Source: Balanoglossus misakiensis
Lineage: Eukaryota; Animalia; Hemichordata
Length of the DNA: 64,000 nucleotides
Direction: 5' to 3'
Assembly: GCA_040954595.2 (NCBI GenBank)
Contig: CM082586.2
Location: 11,625,337-11,689,336, forward strand
Within the stretch, counting starts at the first letter, position 1. Every line of letters starts with the position of its first letter. The notes under the pieces are model-generated. The model was not told the DNA's origin. It saw nothing but the letters and a program-made list of their open reading frames with translations, and searched no databases. A program made the translations under genes and the position numbers. Below, piece by piece: positions 1 through 12,599 of this stretch.

Positions 1-3000
1 CTTTGTCAGGCGTCTGTCGTTCTCCCGAAACAACAGGTACTGTTCCCAACACACGGGTACAGTTTCTTCTTCCGACCTCAAGGCTATTCTATGCACTAGT
101 GCAGATTTCTTCACCTCTGGATCTTCTGGATCTAGCTGTGTATTGTAGCTATCCCTTGGCCATTTGTCTTGTGTCTTCCGCAAGAAATCAGGACCACCTA
201 TCCATCTTTCGTTCTTCAGAAAAGCATCTATTTTCTGACCTCTAGAGCACTCATCTGCCGGGTTGTCACTGGTATTAATGTAGCGCCAGTTCGCTGGGTC
301 TGATCCTCCTCGAATCACTGCTAGTCTATTCGCCACGAAGGTATGAAATCTTGTGGTTTCGTTGTTTATGTACCGCAGCACGGTTTTGCTATCCGTCCAA
401 AACACGGATTCATTGATTGGCAAATCCATCTCCTTTCTGAGAAGTTTGTCAAGCCTCACTGCCACAGTAGCTGCAGTTAATTCCATTCGTGGGATCGATA
501 TTTGCTTCAATGGAGCCACTCTTGCTTTGGCCATCATCAAAGTGCTGTGGATGTTTCCGCTTTTGTCGATCAACCTAAGATATGATACAGCGCCATATCC
601 ATTTTCGCTGGCATCAGCAATGTGATGTAGCTGAGCTGTGTCTACTTCACCAAAGTGCTCGGGCTTTATACATCTGGGTACTGGTAAACACTCTTCTAAT
701 TTCGGTAGATCCCTCAACCAATTCTCCCACACTTTGCGTTGTTTTCCAGGAATATCATCATCCCAGCCTAGTTTTGCTTTACACAGCTGCTGCAAAAGCA
801 TCTTGGGTGGCAGAAGCGCTGGTGCTGCCATGCCCAGTGGGTCGTATAATGAACTAACCACTCCCAGAATTCCTCGTCTGGTCGCTGGTTTCTCTTTAGT
901 ACGATTTCTGAATCCGAATTCGTCAGATTCCACGTTCCATTGCATACCGAGTGCATGCTCCATTGGCAAGTCATCTCGCTCCAAGTCTAAGTTCTTCACC
1001 TCTATCGCCCTTCGTTCTTCAGGTATTGCTTCCAAAACTGGACGCGTATTGCTGATCCACTTTGTGAGCTTGAACCCTGATTTCTTACAGGTGTCTGTCA
1101 GCCCTTCAGCCAAAGACTTTCCTTCCATCACTGTTGATGCTGCCTTCAACATGTCATCAACGTAGAAGTTTCTAGATATGGTGTTCTTGACACTCAGATC
1201 AGAAGTATTGTCTGAAGCTTTCTTCAACGCGAAGTTTGCACAACTGGGTGACGATGTAGCCCCGAAGATGTGCACTGTCATTCGGTACTCGACAGGAGGT
1301 TCCTCTACATTACCATTAGGCCACCACAGAAAACGCTGGAAATCTCGGTTTTCTTGCGACACGCCAACTTGAGAGAACATAGCCTCTATATCTGACATCA
1401 GTGCTATCCGCTCTTCACGAAAACGTATAAGCACTCCTACAAGTGAACTGGTCAGATCCGGTCCTTGCATTAATTCCTTGTTCAAAGAAGTTCCCTTGTA
1501 TTCTGCACCACAGTCGAAGACTACCCGGATTTTCTGTTTCTGTGGATGGTATACTCCATGATGGGGAAGATACCATTTCTTTCCAGGATTGCCTTCCAAT
1601 TCTTCCTGTGGCACCCTTTCAGCATAGCCTTTGTCTATAATACTTTCCATGAAGGTAGTATATTCTTGACGATAGTCATCGTTGTTTCTAAATTTCTTTC
1701 CCAACTGAGAAAGCTGATATTCTACTGCCACTTTGTTGTTTGGCATCGTAACACCGTCATCACGAAACGGTAATGGCACCTGGTAATGACCATCAACAAA
1801 CTGCGTTTGTTCGTACGCAATCCTCATGAACTTTCTATATTCAACTGAATCCTCGGGTTTGTCATTTATGATGCGCTCGCTGAACTCGTGATTGAAGAGG
1901 TTGATTAACTGCTGATCAATCGCCGGTCCAAATTGTATTCCACAGACTGTTGCGGCAGTTTCATTTTCTGACACGCCAGCCCCCGTAAGGAAACCATTTA
2001 CGAACCAGCCTAAACGGGTACGTACGGCAAATGGTCCATCTCCATTACTGTTTATCACTTCCCATGGTTCAAACGCTTCAGGAACGTTACCACCGATGAG
2101 TAGGCCTATTTCCGCATCTATCTCAGGCAGGCGTACCTTACGCAAATAAGGATACTTGCCAATGTCATCTTGTGTAACGATGAGATCTTTCGAAGCAGGA
2201 ATTTTCTCTTGCGTATATGTAGCTGGAAGTTTGATGATGTAATGCTCATTAAGATCTGAAACTTCTAGACCCTTGATAACACGACTATCAGCTGATTTAC
2301 TTCCAGTGATAGTGTTCAGCATAATCTTTGTTTTCTTACCACCGACGTTCAGTTGTCGACGAAGTGTTTCCGTACAGAATACTGTGTCACTGCCGTTGTC
2401 AATAAAGGCGTACGTTTGTACACTAAGACCACTCGATCTACATTTGACCTTGACGGGAATAATCACGGGTTTATATGCACACTCTCCATTCCCCGCAGAT
2501 CTACATGATGCGTCAATCATCCCCACATTCGTTAACACGGGTTTTCCAGACTGGTCTTTGGTTTTGTTGAAGTGCAACACGGTCGGATGCAGCTTGCCAC
2601 ATTTTTCACAAGTCAGCTTGCTTGTACAGTCTTTCACCATATGTTTTCCATCTTTCAGGCAACCAAAACATAACCCTTTCGTTTTTATGAGCCGTTTCTT
2701 GTCATCGTAAGCCTTGGAGGCAAACACTTGACAGTCTTGAAATTCATGTGTACTGTCTGCACAACACAAACACGGAGTAACAGTCTCTGTGCTGACTGTG
2801 TAGGCGTTGCGTCTTTGTGTACCACTAGTTGCTTTCTTGATGTTTTTTGCTCCCTTGTCATTGGATGGAATGCCGGCGAGGTTACCAAACACCTCTTGGG
2901 ACATTATCTTGGCTTCCCTGTTGACAAATTCCACAAGATCTTTGAACTGCACTGATCGTTGTTGTACGATACTGTATGTTCTGCTGCGCCACCGGTCTCT

Positions 3001-3570
3001 CAACTTGAAAGGCAGTTTGTAAACCAACATTTGCAAGTTTTTGTAGTGGTTGAGCTCTCTCAGATGTGATTCACCTTTCATAGCATTTTCACACTTGGTC
3101 AAGAAAAGAGCGAAATCTTTCAAAGCGGTCTTATCCTCGGATTTCAATTCCGGCCAATCTTCTGCTTGCTTGGTGTAGGCTCTGGCCGTCACGTATGGAT
3201 TGCCGAACTCAGTTTCAAGCAATTTTCTGGCTCTTTCGTATCCTTCATTCGCTTCCATGTGAATGCAACTGCTCACTATTTCTCTCGGTTCACCACGTGT
3301 ATACTGCTCCAAGTAATACAAACGATCATCAGGATCTTCAGTGTTAGATTCTATGCCATGCCGAAAGGCACGTATAAATGATTTATACTGCAATGGGTCC
3401 CCATCGAACACGGGTATCGATTGCGGCAGTAAAGCGGCACGCTTGTTATGCTCAAACAACAGTTTAGTAACTGTGGCTAGGTTATGATCACTACAGGAAC
3501 TGTGGCTGCTATTGCTACCTGTACACGAACCAAGGTCAGGACTGAATTTCGTCTGCTTGTTTACATCGGG
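1..3570 (-). CDS. BEL gag-pol polyprotein, partial (gag core, zinc knuckles, aspartic protease, RT, Pao RNase H region); frame apparently open to the window edge
   Basis: Hand translation near 3560-3270 gives LLPQSIPVFDGDPLQYKSFIRAF...EQYTRGEP. The ORF track lists no stop-terminated fragments in this frame, consistent with it running off position 1. It is frameshifted relative to ORF 3536-3949 near the T-run at ~3570-3582. Confidence 0.8.
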
Positions 3571-3988
3571 TTTTCTTTTTTTCTGGACTGCATACAATGC
3601 TGTCGACAGGACTATCAGACTTAGTAACGTTGGGACTATCACATGTGTGGAAACTACCCAAGTTGCTAGCACTTGAACTCTTCATCTTGATGTTGCCCCG
3701 AAATGCAGCGGGTGTCTTAAAGAGATCTTGTAGGTTGTATTCTTGTAAACTACTTTCATCTTCACCATTTTCAAAATGACGATACACTTCGATTATTGCA
3801 TTCTGTTCAGCAATTTCTGTTTTGATTTCCAACAATTGTTTTTGTTTGTTTATTTTGGATTGTTCTTCGTTTATTTTGAATTCCAATTCGTCTAATTTCT
3901 GTTTTTCCTCCAAACCTGCCATACGAGTCATCAGTTCCGCCCGTTTCACTGCGGCTGCGATTATAGATGCCTTGCTATTAATACTACT
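3571..3988 (-). pseudogene. BEL-A gag, middle coiled-coil segment
   Basis: ORF 3536-3949 (KRAELM...EEKQKLDELEFK). It rejoins ORF 8234-8803 in frame (..SSRGSSINSKA..) once the 3989-8241 insertion and one TACT copy are removed. Confidence 0.8.
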
Positions 3989-4328
3989 CAGTCTGATTTC
4001 AGGGTACCTAATTTACATGCATTTGCATAAAATCATTTCAAATGAACAGCGCCCCCGTGCTTAAGTATGTGTCCGTTAGGATTTTTTCCCGAGGTACCGA
4101 TAATCTCACTTTTCCAGCTTAATACTGCGTTAGAAGAATTATTCTCATCCCGAAACTGACGTATACCCGGTAAGTTGCTGTTTCTATCATATTTCACGCC
4201 ATTGTTAGTCCAAAGAATTAGGTTATACGCGTTTCGAGTGGTGTGCCCGTACGGACTTTCACGATTTTTCCGTGATTTTCAACACTGCCCCGCGTCTAAG
4301 TGCCGGTTTTTAAAAATCGAAAATTGAC

Positions 4329-5597
4329 ATAATAATAATAATAATAATAATAATTTATTTGTATAGCGTCAGTATCCACAAAAAAATGTGATCAATGACG
4401 CTTAAAGCAAAAGTACAATACAACAAATGGCTAAAAAACAGATTTAAAAAGTAAAGTTTTAACATTTGATTTAAAAACAGATAAGTCTGGTGCCTGGCGA
4501 ATGGTGAGTGGAAGATTATTCCAAAGAATTGGAGCAGCAACAGTAAAAGCACGATCACCATAACTCTTGGTGCGTGATCGAACAGGGCAGAGTTTGAACT
4601 GATCAGCTGACCTTAAATTGCGACATGGAACATATAGATTAGTCATGCTAGAAAGATAGATTGGACCAAGTTTATGAATGGATTTAAAAATGAGAACTAA
4701 CATCTTAAAAACAATACGCTCTGTAACAGGTAGCCAGTGCAACTGATACAAAATTGGAGTGATGTGACAGGTGATTTTAGAACGAGTTACAATTCTAGCA
4801 GCAATATTCTGAACGCGTTGGATACGGTTGATTGAATACTTCGGGAGCCCAAAAAAAAGTGAATTACATGAATCAATTCGAGACGTAATGAATGCATGAA
4901 CTAATTGCTCTGTAGCTGAATGAGATAAATATTTGCGGATAAGCGCAATGCGACGTAAATGAAAAGTGGCAGAGCGGCAGATCTGTCCAATATGTGGCTT
5001 CATTGTCAGACAAGAGTCAAGGATCACTCCAAGGCTCTTAGCCTGACAATGGACGGGAATCAGAGAATCGCCAACACGAATTTCTGAAATCCCTCTAGCA
5101 GACAGATCACCCAAAATACCAGAGAAAATAACAAATTCAGTCTTATCATCGTTTAAGCACAAGAAGTTTTCAGACATCCAAAACCTAACATCAGAAATAC
5201 AAAGTTACAGATTTGAAACAGTTCTTGCTGCGTTGTCTTTACTAAAAGACATATAAAGTGAAGAGTCATCTGCATAAAAACTATAAAGACAACCATGACT
5301 TTGAACTAATTCACCTAATGGAGACGTGTACATATTGAAAAGTATGGGACCAAGAACTGATCCCTGTGGTACCCCAGTGTCGAGCGGATAAAAAGGTGAT
5401 TGGGTGGAATTTACAAGTACATACTGACTACGATTGGAAAGGTATGACTTAAACCACATGAGAACAGTATCTGAGAGACCGAAGCGGTCTCTTAAGCGAT
5501 TGAGTAAAATGGTATGGTTCACAGTGTCAAATGCTGCGGAAAGATCGAGTAATACCAAGAAAACATCTCTTTTTTCATCAAGAGCAAGCAAAATGTT
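4329..5597 (-). mobile_element. 5'-truncated L2/CR1-group LINE with (TTA)n tail
   Basis: RT motifs LLDLSAAFDTV, GVPQGSVLGP, YADD and an L2-type C-terminus LHWLPV...FKSNVKTLLF. The 3' end has a stem AGCGTCA...TGACGCT followed by ATACAAATAAA(TTA)n. Confidence 0.92.
4431..5591 (-). pseudogene. L2-type reverse transcriptase, C-terminal half, with one in-frame stop at ~5205
   Basis: ORFs 5205-5591 and 4431-5177 are in the same frame and separated by a single TAA. Confidence 0.9.
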
Positions 5598-5878
5598 GAG
5601 TTGATAATTGTTTTATCGAAATTTGCGTATTTTTAGTCTGCTCAAGGTCCGGAAAAATTGCGAACGCCTGTTTACTGAATGTGTGTATGTACCGTGTTCT
5701 AACATGGCGGCGGAAGGAATCCATACCCGGAAGTAGCGAATGCGCGACTGTGGCAAGCTATTTTAGATCATTATGTCCCGGTCCAATTTCGTAATTTTCT
5801 TGCTGAGAGCTCTGATTGGACATGATTTTTGGCGCAATGATGGGACAGTAGGTGTCCAGACGTCATCGTAGACCTTAA

Positions 5879-6232
5879 AGGGACAAAGTCTCTCTCTAGC
5901 TGCCTTTTTTCCATTAATTATATTTGATACAAGACATGAGATACAAGTTTGTTATTCTACATGTGGATATATAGTGAATCAACGTTCAACCACACACAAC
6001 TTCCATCCCTCTTATAGACAGGAGAGTGAAAAAACTCGCCAAAATGAATAATCGTTCTTTACCATTTATTCATTTTGGGCGAGTTTTTACTCTCATATCT
6101 TACAAGTGGGATGGAAGTTGTGTGTGGTCGAATGTAGATTTACTATATATCCACATGTACATTAACATAAACAGTGTCTTGTATCAAACATAATTAGTGG
6201 AAAAAGGGCAGCGAGAGAGAGACTTTGTCCCT
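5879..6232. mobile_element. Palindromic MITE with TTAA TSD and AGG termini (Kolobok-type)
   Basis: TTAA|AGGGACAAAGTCTCTCTC ... GAGAGAGACTTTGTCCCT|TTAA. The two halves are imperfect inverted copies almost to the centre (~6055). Confidence 0.9.
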
Positions 6233-8245
6233 TTAAGTAAGCGCGCCGGAGGGAAAGTTTCCCGGGCAGCATGATTCCTTGCTTGGCGTGCACTGTTGCA
6301 GCAGTGTCGTGTGTGTGTGGAAGCCGGAGCAAGTGTTTCTCAAATCTCTTGTTGAGAACTTCACCAATAATTATCGTACGCCTTACAGTTTGTTTCTTTG
6401 TCTTTCAGGAGACAACGAAGAAAGAAGTGCGTCTGTGCTGATCGATCAGTGTTTTACTTTTAGTGAGTCTGCGTGTAGTGTGGTTGGTGGCCAGTTCCCA
6501 CACTTTTTTGCATTCAGGAGTTTCCTTTATTAATCTTGCTTTCCTCAGTTGTTACCTTTTATATATTATATTGTATTTATTTGACAATAAAAATTAAAAA
6601 GGTAAATTTCATTAACTGTTATTGTTTGAGTATTACTGAACAGGCATTTTCCAGTCTGTGTAGGAGTAGACTGTGTGGTTTTAGTTTGACTGACAATTGT
6701 CTAGTCTGCACTGTGCAGAGTTTTTGTGAACTGATATTTAGTCTAGTCTTTGCAGGGTGTGTGTGTGTGTGAACTGGCATTTGTCTGGGCTGTCTGTGCA
6801 GAGTGACAGTGAAAGGCTTTTGTCCAGTCTGGGCATAGTAACTGATTGGGCATTTATCAGTCTGTCTATGCAAGTCATATTTTTCTATAGTCATTTTCAG
6901 TCTTTTAACTGCAACATACTTTGTCTTTGTGAAGCTTTTCATAATGGTGAGAAAGGGGTCGTTTGTGTTTTCCTCCAAGAGTAGAGATAGTTTGCTGGTT
7001 TTAAATAGACTGCTGAGGTCTATGGCAAATGCCACAGATGGAAGGAATAACATTCTAAACTCCATAAAGACCACTATACATAACAAACTGTGAAAACACT
7101 AGAAGTGGTAAAAACACCAGTAGAAGTTATATTGACAGAGTAAGTGAAGATGATTCAATTCTAGAAATGATTATGAATGAAGAAACGGTGGATACTTTTG
7201 AAACGTTTGACATACTAGAGATAGAAGAGGTAGAACAGGAATACCAATTACCTGAGGAAGATTTACAAGAGAGTACAACAAATGCATATGAAAATGATAC
7301 AAATAATTACAGTGATTATTCAGATATGGAGTTAGAAAACTAAATGTAGAATTATAAGGCTGGCAATAATTTTATTGATTGAAAAAATATACATAAAATT
7401 CTTAAATTAGAAATAATCAAAAAGAAAAAAAAATGTTTTTAAAAATTGCCAAATTACCAATCAATGTCAGAAAAAGGAGAGTTGGACCAGTGTAGTCTGT
7501 TGTAGTACACCATGATTTTATTGTCAGATACACCTCACAGTCACCACTATGCATACTATGTACATACTGTCTATGCAGACCGCCACTTATCCGGGTTAAT
7601 CTCTAAAACACATGAATATCCATTGTCAAAACCTAGGCTGTTATCGAGCATTGATTGTCTCATAACTCATCTGCAATGTTATGTTCAGTGTAAAGTCCCG
7701 GCAGACTGCCGGGGACTGTGATTTGATCAGCCGAGTTTCCGTGTTACGCAATCGAAACACCCTTACGGAGGTCCTATACATGTAGTATGTTGCTTGAGAG
7801 GTCACATTCAACACTGCCCCGCGTCAAAGTGCTTCACCGTAGGCAAACCAAACTTGGCACAGTTATAGCTAATACATAGACCATGTAAAAAACCGTATTT
7901 ACGCTTCTGCTCAAGACCCTCTAATTTTTGTATCGCTTCTCAAAAATTAGCATTCACATTCATAACATCGTACGATCGAGTCACTGCCACATCGCCAGTA
8001 TGCAGGGTTTCAAAATAATTTATTACAGCTGAAACGAGCGTCATAAAACGTAAGACAACATCATTTTAGACAATAATTGATGGAAAACGAACCTTGTCAT
8101 CCAAAATTAAAGCGTGTACACCTCTTTTCATGCCAGCATGCAGGTTTCAAGTTTTCGGTAGGCCGCCATATTGGATAGAAGTGAAAACGAGGCTCTCTGT
8201 TGTAAGATTTTGGCGAATTTCAATAGGCTGAGATCAGACTGTACT

Positions 8246-8803
8246 ACCACGTGAGGACACGTGTGATGACACTCTGCTTGATCTTGCTGATTTAAATCTA
8301 GGTGTCTTACTACCAATATGGGACACGCTATCTTCTGGCCCCACAGTGTCTGCCAACGTGGAATCATGCAGCCCATGGCGAAATAGCCAGGTGTCAACTA
8401 CATGCTGAAATTCATCAAACCCAGTCATACGTGGTAATGACCAACTGGTATACATATGTTGTTTTTCTTTTTCATCCAATGACTCATGGTATTTGACATC
8501 AGCCTCTTTGAAGTTTTCAAAGGCAACATCACATTCTTTCATTATAGTTTTCACCAAAATACCATTGACTTTATCTTCCATCAGAGATGTTATCTGATTC
8601 ATCAATGTTGTTACTCTACCATAGATGTGTGATCTGGTAGTTTTCAATCTTTCTCTTTCAGCTTCTTTGTGCTTGTCTGTTTTTATGGAGACACGCTTGG
8701 TGTTTTCTGGATTACCAGTAAACAAATCATTTTTCTCTGTTTCCACCATGACCTTTGTATCATCATTGGTGGCCATTTTGCTTCTTATTCTGTATAAATT
8801 CAC
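8246..8803 (-). pseudogene. BEL-A gag N-terminus
   Basis: ORF 8234-8803 (MATNDD...VGPEDSVSHIGSK...SSRVSSHVSSR) starts ~250 bp inside the 5' LTR and is cut by the TIR element. Confidence 0.85.
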
Positions 8804-9043
8804 TGTGCTGAATGATACCCAATGCGCCCTGTACGTACGATATGCGCGGTCGAGTACTAGTATGACACAATGACCTTGAAGCTTCTGACATGCGCAGTGG
8901 CGTCTTGACCACGAACGCCAGTTTTCCTCAGCTGAGCCGAGTCCAATGTACTGCTAGACAGGAAAATACTGATAATAAATCGCTGTCCTACCAGATTCTT
9001 TCTACCAATCTTCCGAAGGTGACAGTTTCTGCCCGGTCGATCA

Positions 9044-9054
9044 CAGTTTTCTAC
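9044..9054 (-). promoter_or_regulatory. Primer-binding-site position of BEL-A (GTAGAAAACTG), non-tRNA type
   Basis: It immediately follows the ...TACA end of the 5' LTR, lacks the TGG expected for tRNA CCA pairing, and is the exact complement of LTR positions 9275-9285. Confidence 0.7.
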
Positions 9055-9440
9055 TGTAGTAACCTCGATGTGCCGTCTCAAATGGCGCCCTAATTCACAT
9101 CAAAGGCCACAGGGTTCTATAGTATTTGCCGTTAACTAACTGGAGCTCACCATCGCCGACGAACATTCCTTGTCAGATGTCACAGAAAACGCTGCTCGGA
9201 ACTTTACACGAACATTTAATGACTGAACATACAACACTGGCACTGGATGATGCGTCGCGGTGGTTAAAGTTTCCGTAGAAAACTGCCAAAATCCCCAGGC
9301 TAACTGTGCAAAAGTCCTCACATGTGCGCCATGGAATTTTCCAGATATTTTCTAAACAAAAGCGCATGCGCTAATGTACTCACAGCGCGAGGGCGCTAGA
9401 CTAAATATTTCAGTTTCTCTAAGAACTGGGCGTCCTTACA
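9055..9440 (-). repeat. BEL-A 5' LTR (386 bp)
   Basis: TGTAAGG...TACTACA termini. It differs from the LTR at 33517-33903 at only about three positions and contains ATTAAA. Confidence 0.95.
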
Positions 9441-12400
9441 ACCAGTGTGCAACTGTTTCTGCTCTAGAGTGTCAGGATTTTAGCCGACTTATGCTGTAGG
9501 AAATCTGAGTTGATGAACGGGAATTCATTGTTAGAAAACCCGTGTGGAAAGTATCTCTACCCGTTTCAAACTAAGAAAAGAATTTATTCTTATTTATTTT
9601 GTAAAAAAGACAATATTTCGAAAAAAAGTCGAAAATGGTAATTTTGTCTTGGGTGATTCAAATTATACCGCCTTTTCTGGAATTTGCAGCACTTTTTACA
9701 AGAGAACGACACTTCATGATCCATAATATTTCCGAAAATGAAGAAAAGAGTTAATTTTTCATGATTTTTTAAAAATTTACCATTTTTGTCAAAATATGGC
9801 CAAAATGGCTATTTTTTCTTGAATTCCGTCAATATCTCTGCATTTTTGGAGTGGTCGAAAGTTTTAACATACAATCAACATGTCATATATGATCGGGGCA
9901 CCAAATTCGATAAAAGAAAGGTTTTTTTATTTTTTTTTTCTAAAGATGACATTTTCAAGGAAAATTTGGTAAAACGCAATTTTGTCTGCAGTGAGCCAAA
10001 TTAGACGGTATTTTGTGGAATTTGTATCGATATATACATACGAAGAGCATTCTATACTCCATCAGATTTCCGAAAATGTAGAAAACAGGTATTTTTTGTA
10101 ATTTTCAAAAATTTACCATTTTGACCAAATTGTGGCTAAAATTGTTATTTTCGTGTTGAATGCCGCCAGTGTCACTGCTTTTAAAAGTCATAAAAACTTT
10201 TAACAAACAAGCAATTCTTTATATATGATCAGGTCACCGAATTAAAAAAATAAAGAATGTTTTGCCTAAAAATGACCTTTTAGGTGCAAAAACGAATAAA
10301 ACGCAATTTTGTATTAAATCAGCTCATTCAGAGTGCATTTTTTATAATCAGCACCATTTTTACATATAATGGAAATTTCATACATCATCAGATATCCAAA
10401 TATGAAAAAATGATTTAGATTTTAGATGATTGTCCAAAATTAGCTGATATCTAATAAATGTAATATTGAACCGTTCTGTTCCCCCCCCCCTACATTATAT
10501 GCGGTACGCCGATGTCAGCTTACCCGGCAGTACTGCAGGCCGTGCCCCCAACTAACGTCGGTGTTTGAAACGCCCTGGTTAAATTGGGGCTTTCTCTATA
10601 AATTGACAGGCAATAATGCAGTCCTACCCGAACAAATGTCGAGTGTTGACCCGCTGTGACTTTCCCTCTTCGGTTTGCCCGACTTAGCCAACGTCTTTGT
10701 ACTAATGTGTCGCGTCTTTTGCAGAGCCAGGCCGAAGGAAATCCGACTTTATCACCGTTGCTAACGAACGTTAGTGTCTGTCATGGTGTGCCGGGGTTTT
10801 AGTCAAGCCAGGCCGTAGGAGATCTGACTTGATCATCGTGGTCAATGTACGCGTGTTTCCGCTCTAAAGTGCCGGGGCTTCAGCTAAACCATGCCGTAGG
10901 AAATCCGACGTAATCACCGTTGATAACTTACGCCAGTCTGTGTCATATAGAGCCGGTGCACCAGCCGAGTGACGCTGTAGGAAATCTGACTTGATCAACG
11001 TGGTCAATGTACGCCTGTTTCTGCTCTAGAGTGCCGGGGCTTCAGCTGAGCCAGGCCGTAGGAAACCCGACGTGATTACCGTTGTTAACTTACGCCAGTC
11101 TGTGTCCTATATATAGTGCCGGGGCATCAGCCGTGCCAGGCCGAAGGAAATGTGAGTAGATCAAGGTGGTCTCTGTAGGCGTGTTTCTGCTCTAGAGTGC
11201 CAGGGCTTTAGCCAAGCCATGCCGTAGGAAATCTGACTTGATCAACGTTGCTAACGAACGCTAGTGTCTGTCATAGTGTTCCGGGGTTTTAGTCGAGCCA
11301 AGCCGTAGGAGATCAGACTTGATCAACGTGGTCCTGGTACGCGTGTTTCTGCTCTAGAGTGCCGGGGCTTTATCCAAGCCATGCCGTAGGAAATCTGAGT
11401 TGATGAACGGGAATTCAATGTTAGAAAACCCGTGTGGAAAGTATCTCTACCCGTTTGAAACTAAGAAAAGAATTTATTCTTATTTATTTTGTAAAAAAGA
11501 CAATTTTTCGAAAAAAAGTCGAAAATGGTAATTTTGTCGTGGGTGATTCAAATTATACCGCCTTTTCTGGAATTGGCAGCACTTTTTACAAGAGAACGAC
11601 ACTTCATGCTCCATAATATTTCCGAAAATGAAGAAAAGAGTTTATTTTATAAGATTTTTTAAAAATGTACCATTTTGTCAAAATATGGCCAAAATGGCTA
11701 TTTTTTCTTGAATTCCGTCAATATCTCTGCATTTTTGGAGTGGTCGAAAGTTTTAACATACAATCAACATGTCATATATGATCAGGGCACCAAATTCGAA
11801 GAACAAAGGTTTCTTTATTTTTTTTTTTCAAAAAATGACATTTTCAAGGAAAATTTGGTAAAACGCAATTTTGTCTGCAGTGAGCCAAATTGGCCGTTTT
11901 TTGTGGAATTTGTATCGATATATACATACGAAGAGCATTCTATACTCCCTCAGTTTTCCGAAAATGTAGAAAACAGGTATTTTTTGTAATTTTCAAAAAT
12001 TTACCATTTTGACCGAATTGTGGCTAAAATTGTTATTTTCGTGTTGAATGCCGCCAGTGTCACTGCTTTTAAAAGTCATAAAAACTTTTAACATACAAGC
12101 AATTGTTTGTATATGATCAGGTCACCGAATTAAAAAAAATAAAGAATGTTTTGCCTAAAAATGACCTTTTTGGTGCAAAAACGAATAAAACGCAATTTTG
12201 TATTAAATCAGAGTGCATTTTTTATAATCAGCACCATTTTTACATATAATGGACATTTCATACATCATCAGATATCCAAATATGAAAAAAATGATTTAGA
12301 TTTTAGATGATTGTCGAAAATTAGCTGATATCTAATAAATGTAGTATTGAACCGTTCTGTTCCCCCCCCCCCCCTACATTATATGCGGTACGCCGATGTC

Positions 12401-12599
12401 AGCTTACCCGGCAGTACTGCAGGCCGTGCCCCCAACTAACGTCGGTGTTTGAAACGCCCGGGTTAAATTCGGGCTTTCTCAATAAATTGACAGGCAATAA
12501 TGCAGTCCTACCCGAACAAATGTCGAGCATTGACCAGCTGTGACTTTCCCTCTTCGGTTTGCCCGACTTAGCCAACGTCTTTGTACTAGAGTGTCGGGT

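Larger units (their letters stand above)
3989..8241. mobile_element. Non-autonomous TIR DNA transposon with 14-bp TIRs and 4-bp TSD (Academ-like termini, tentative)
   Basis: The left end CAGTCTGATTTCAG (3989) and right end CTGAGATCAGACTG (ends 8241) are inverted repeats with 1 mismatch. TACT is duplicated at 3985-3988 and 8242-8245. Excision restores the gag frame. No transposase was recognised. Confidence 0.85.
1..9440 (-). mobile_element. BEL/Pao LTR retrotransposon, family A, copy 1 (5' LTR, gag, pol; 3' part runs off the window; gag interrupted by a nested DNA transposon)
   Basis: The minus strand encodes BEL gag (IPVFDGDPLQY...LYYLEQYT; Cys/His knuckles CFGCLKDGKH, CEKCGKLH). Positions 1-2450 are near-identical to the protease/RT/RNase H coding sequence at 36963-39390. 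The LTR at 9055-9440 is flanked by ACCAG (9441-9445) and then satellite. Confidence 0.95.

Noticed and set aside
353-3381. Plus-strand ORFs over BEL pol (and equivalents at 35-39 kb)
   Set aside because: These are antisense shadows of the retrotransposon reading frame.
6279-7086. Transposase ORFs inside the TIR element
   Set aside because: The ORFs are short and overlapping on both strands with no catalytic motif; they cannot be supported.
10730-11400. CRISPR-like array
   Set aside because: The monomers are wholly homologous with no unique spacers, there are no cas genes, and the context is eukaryotic retroelements.
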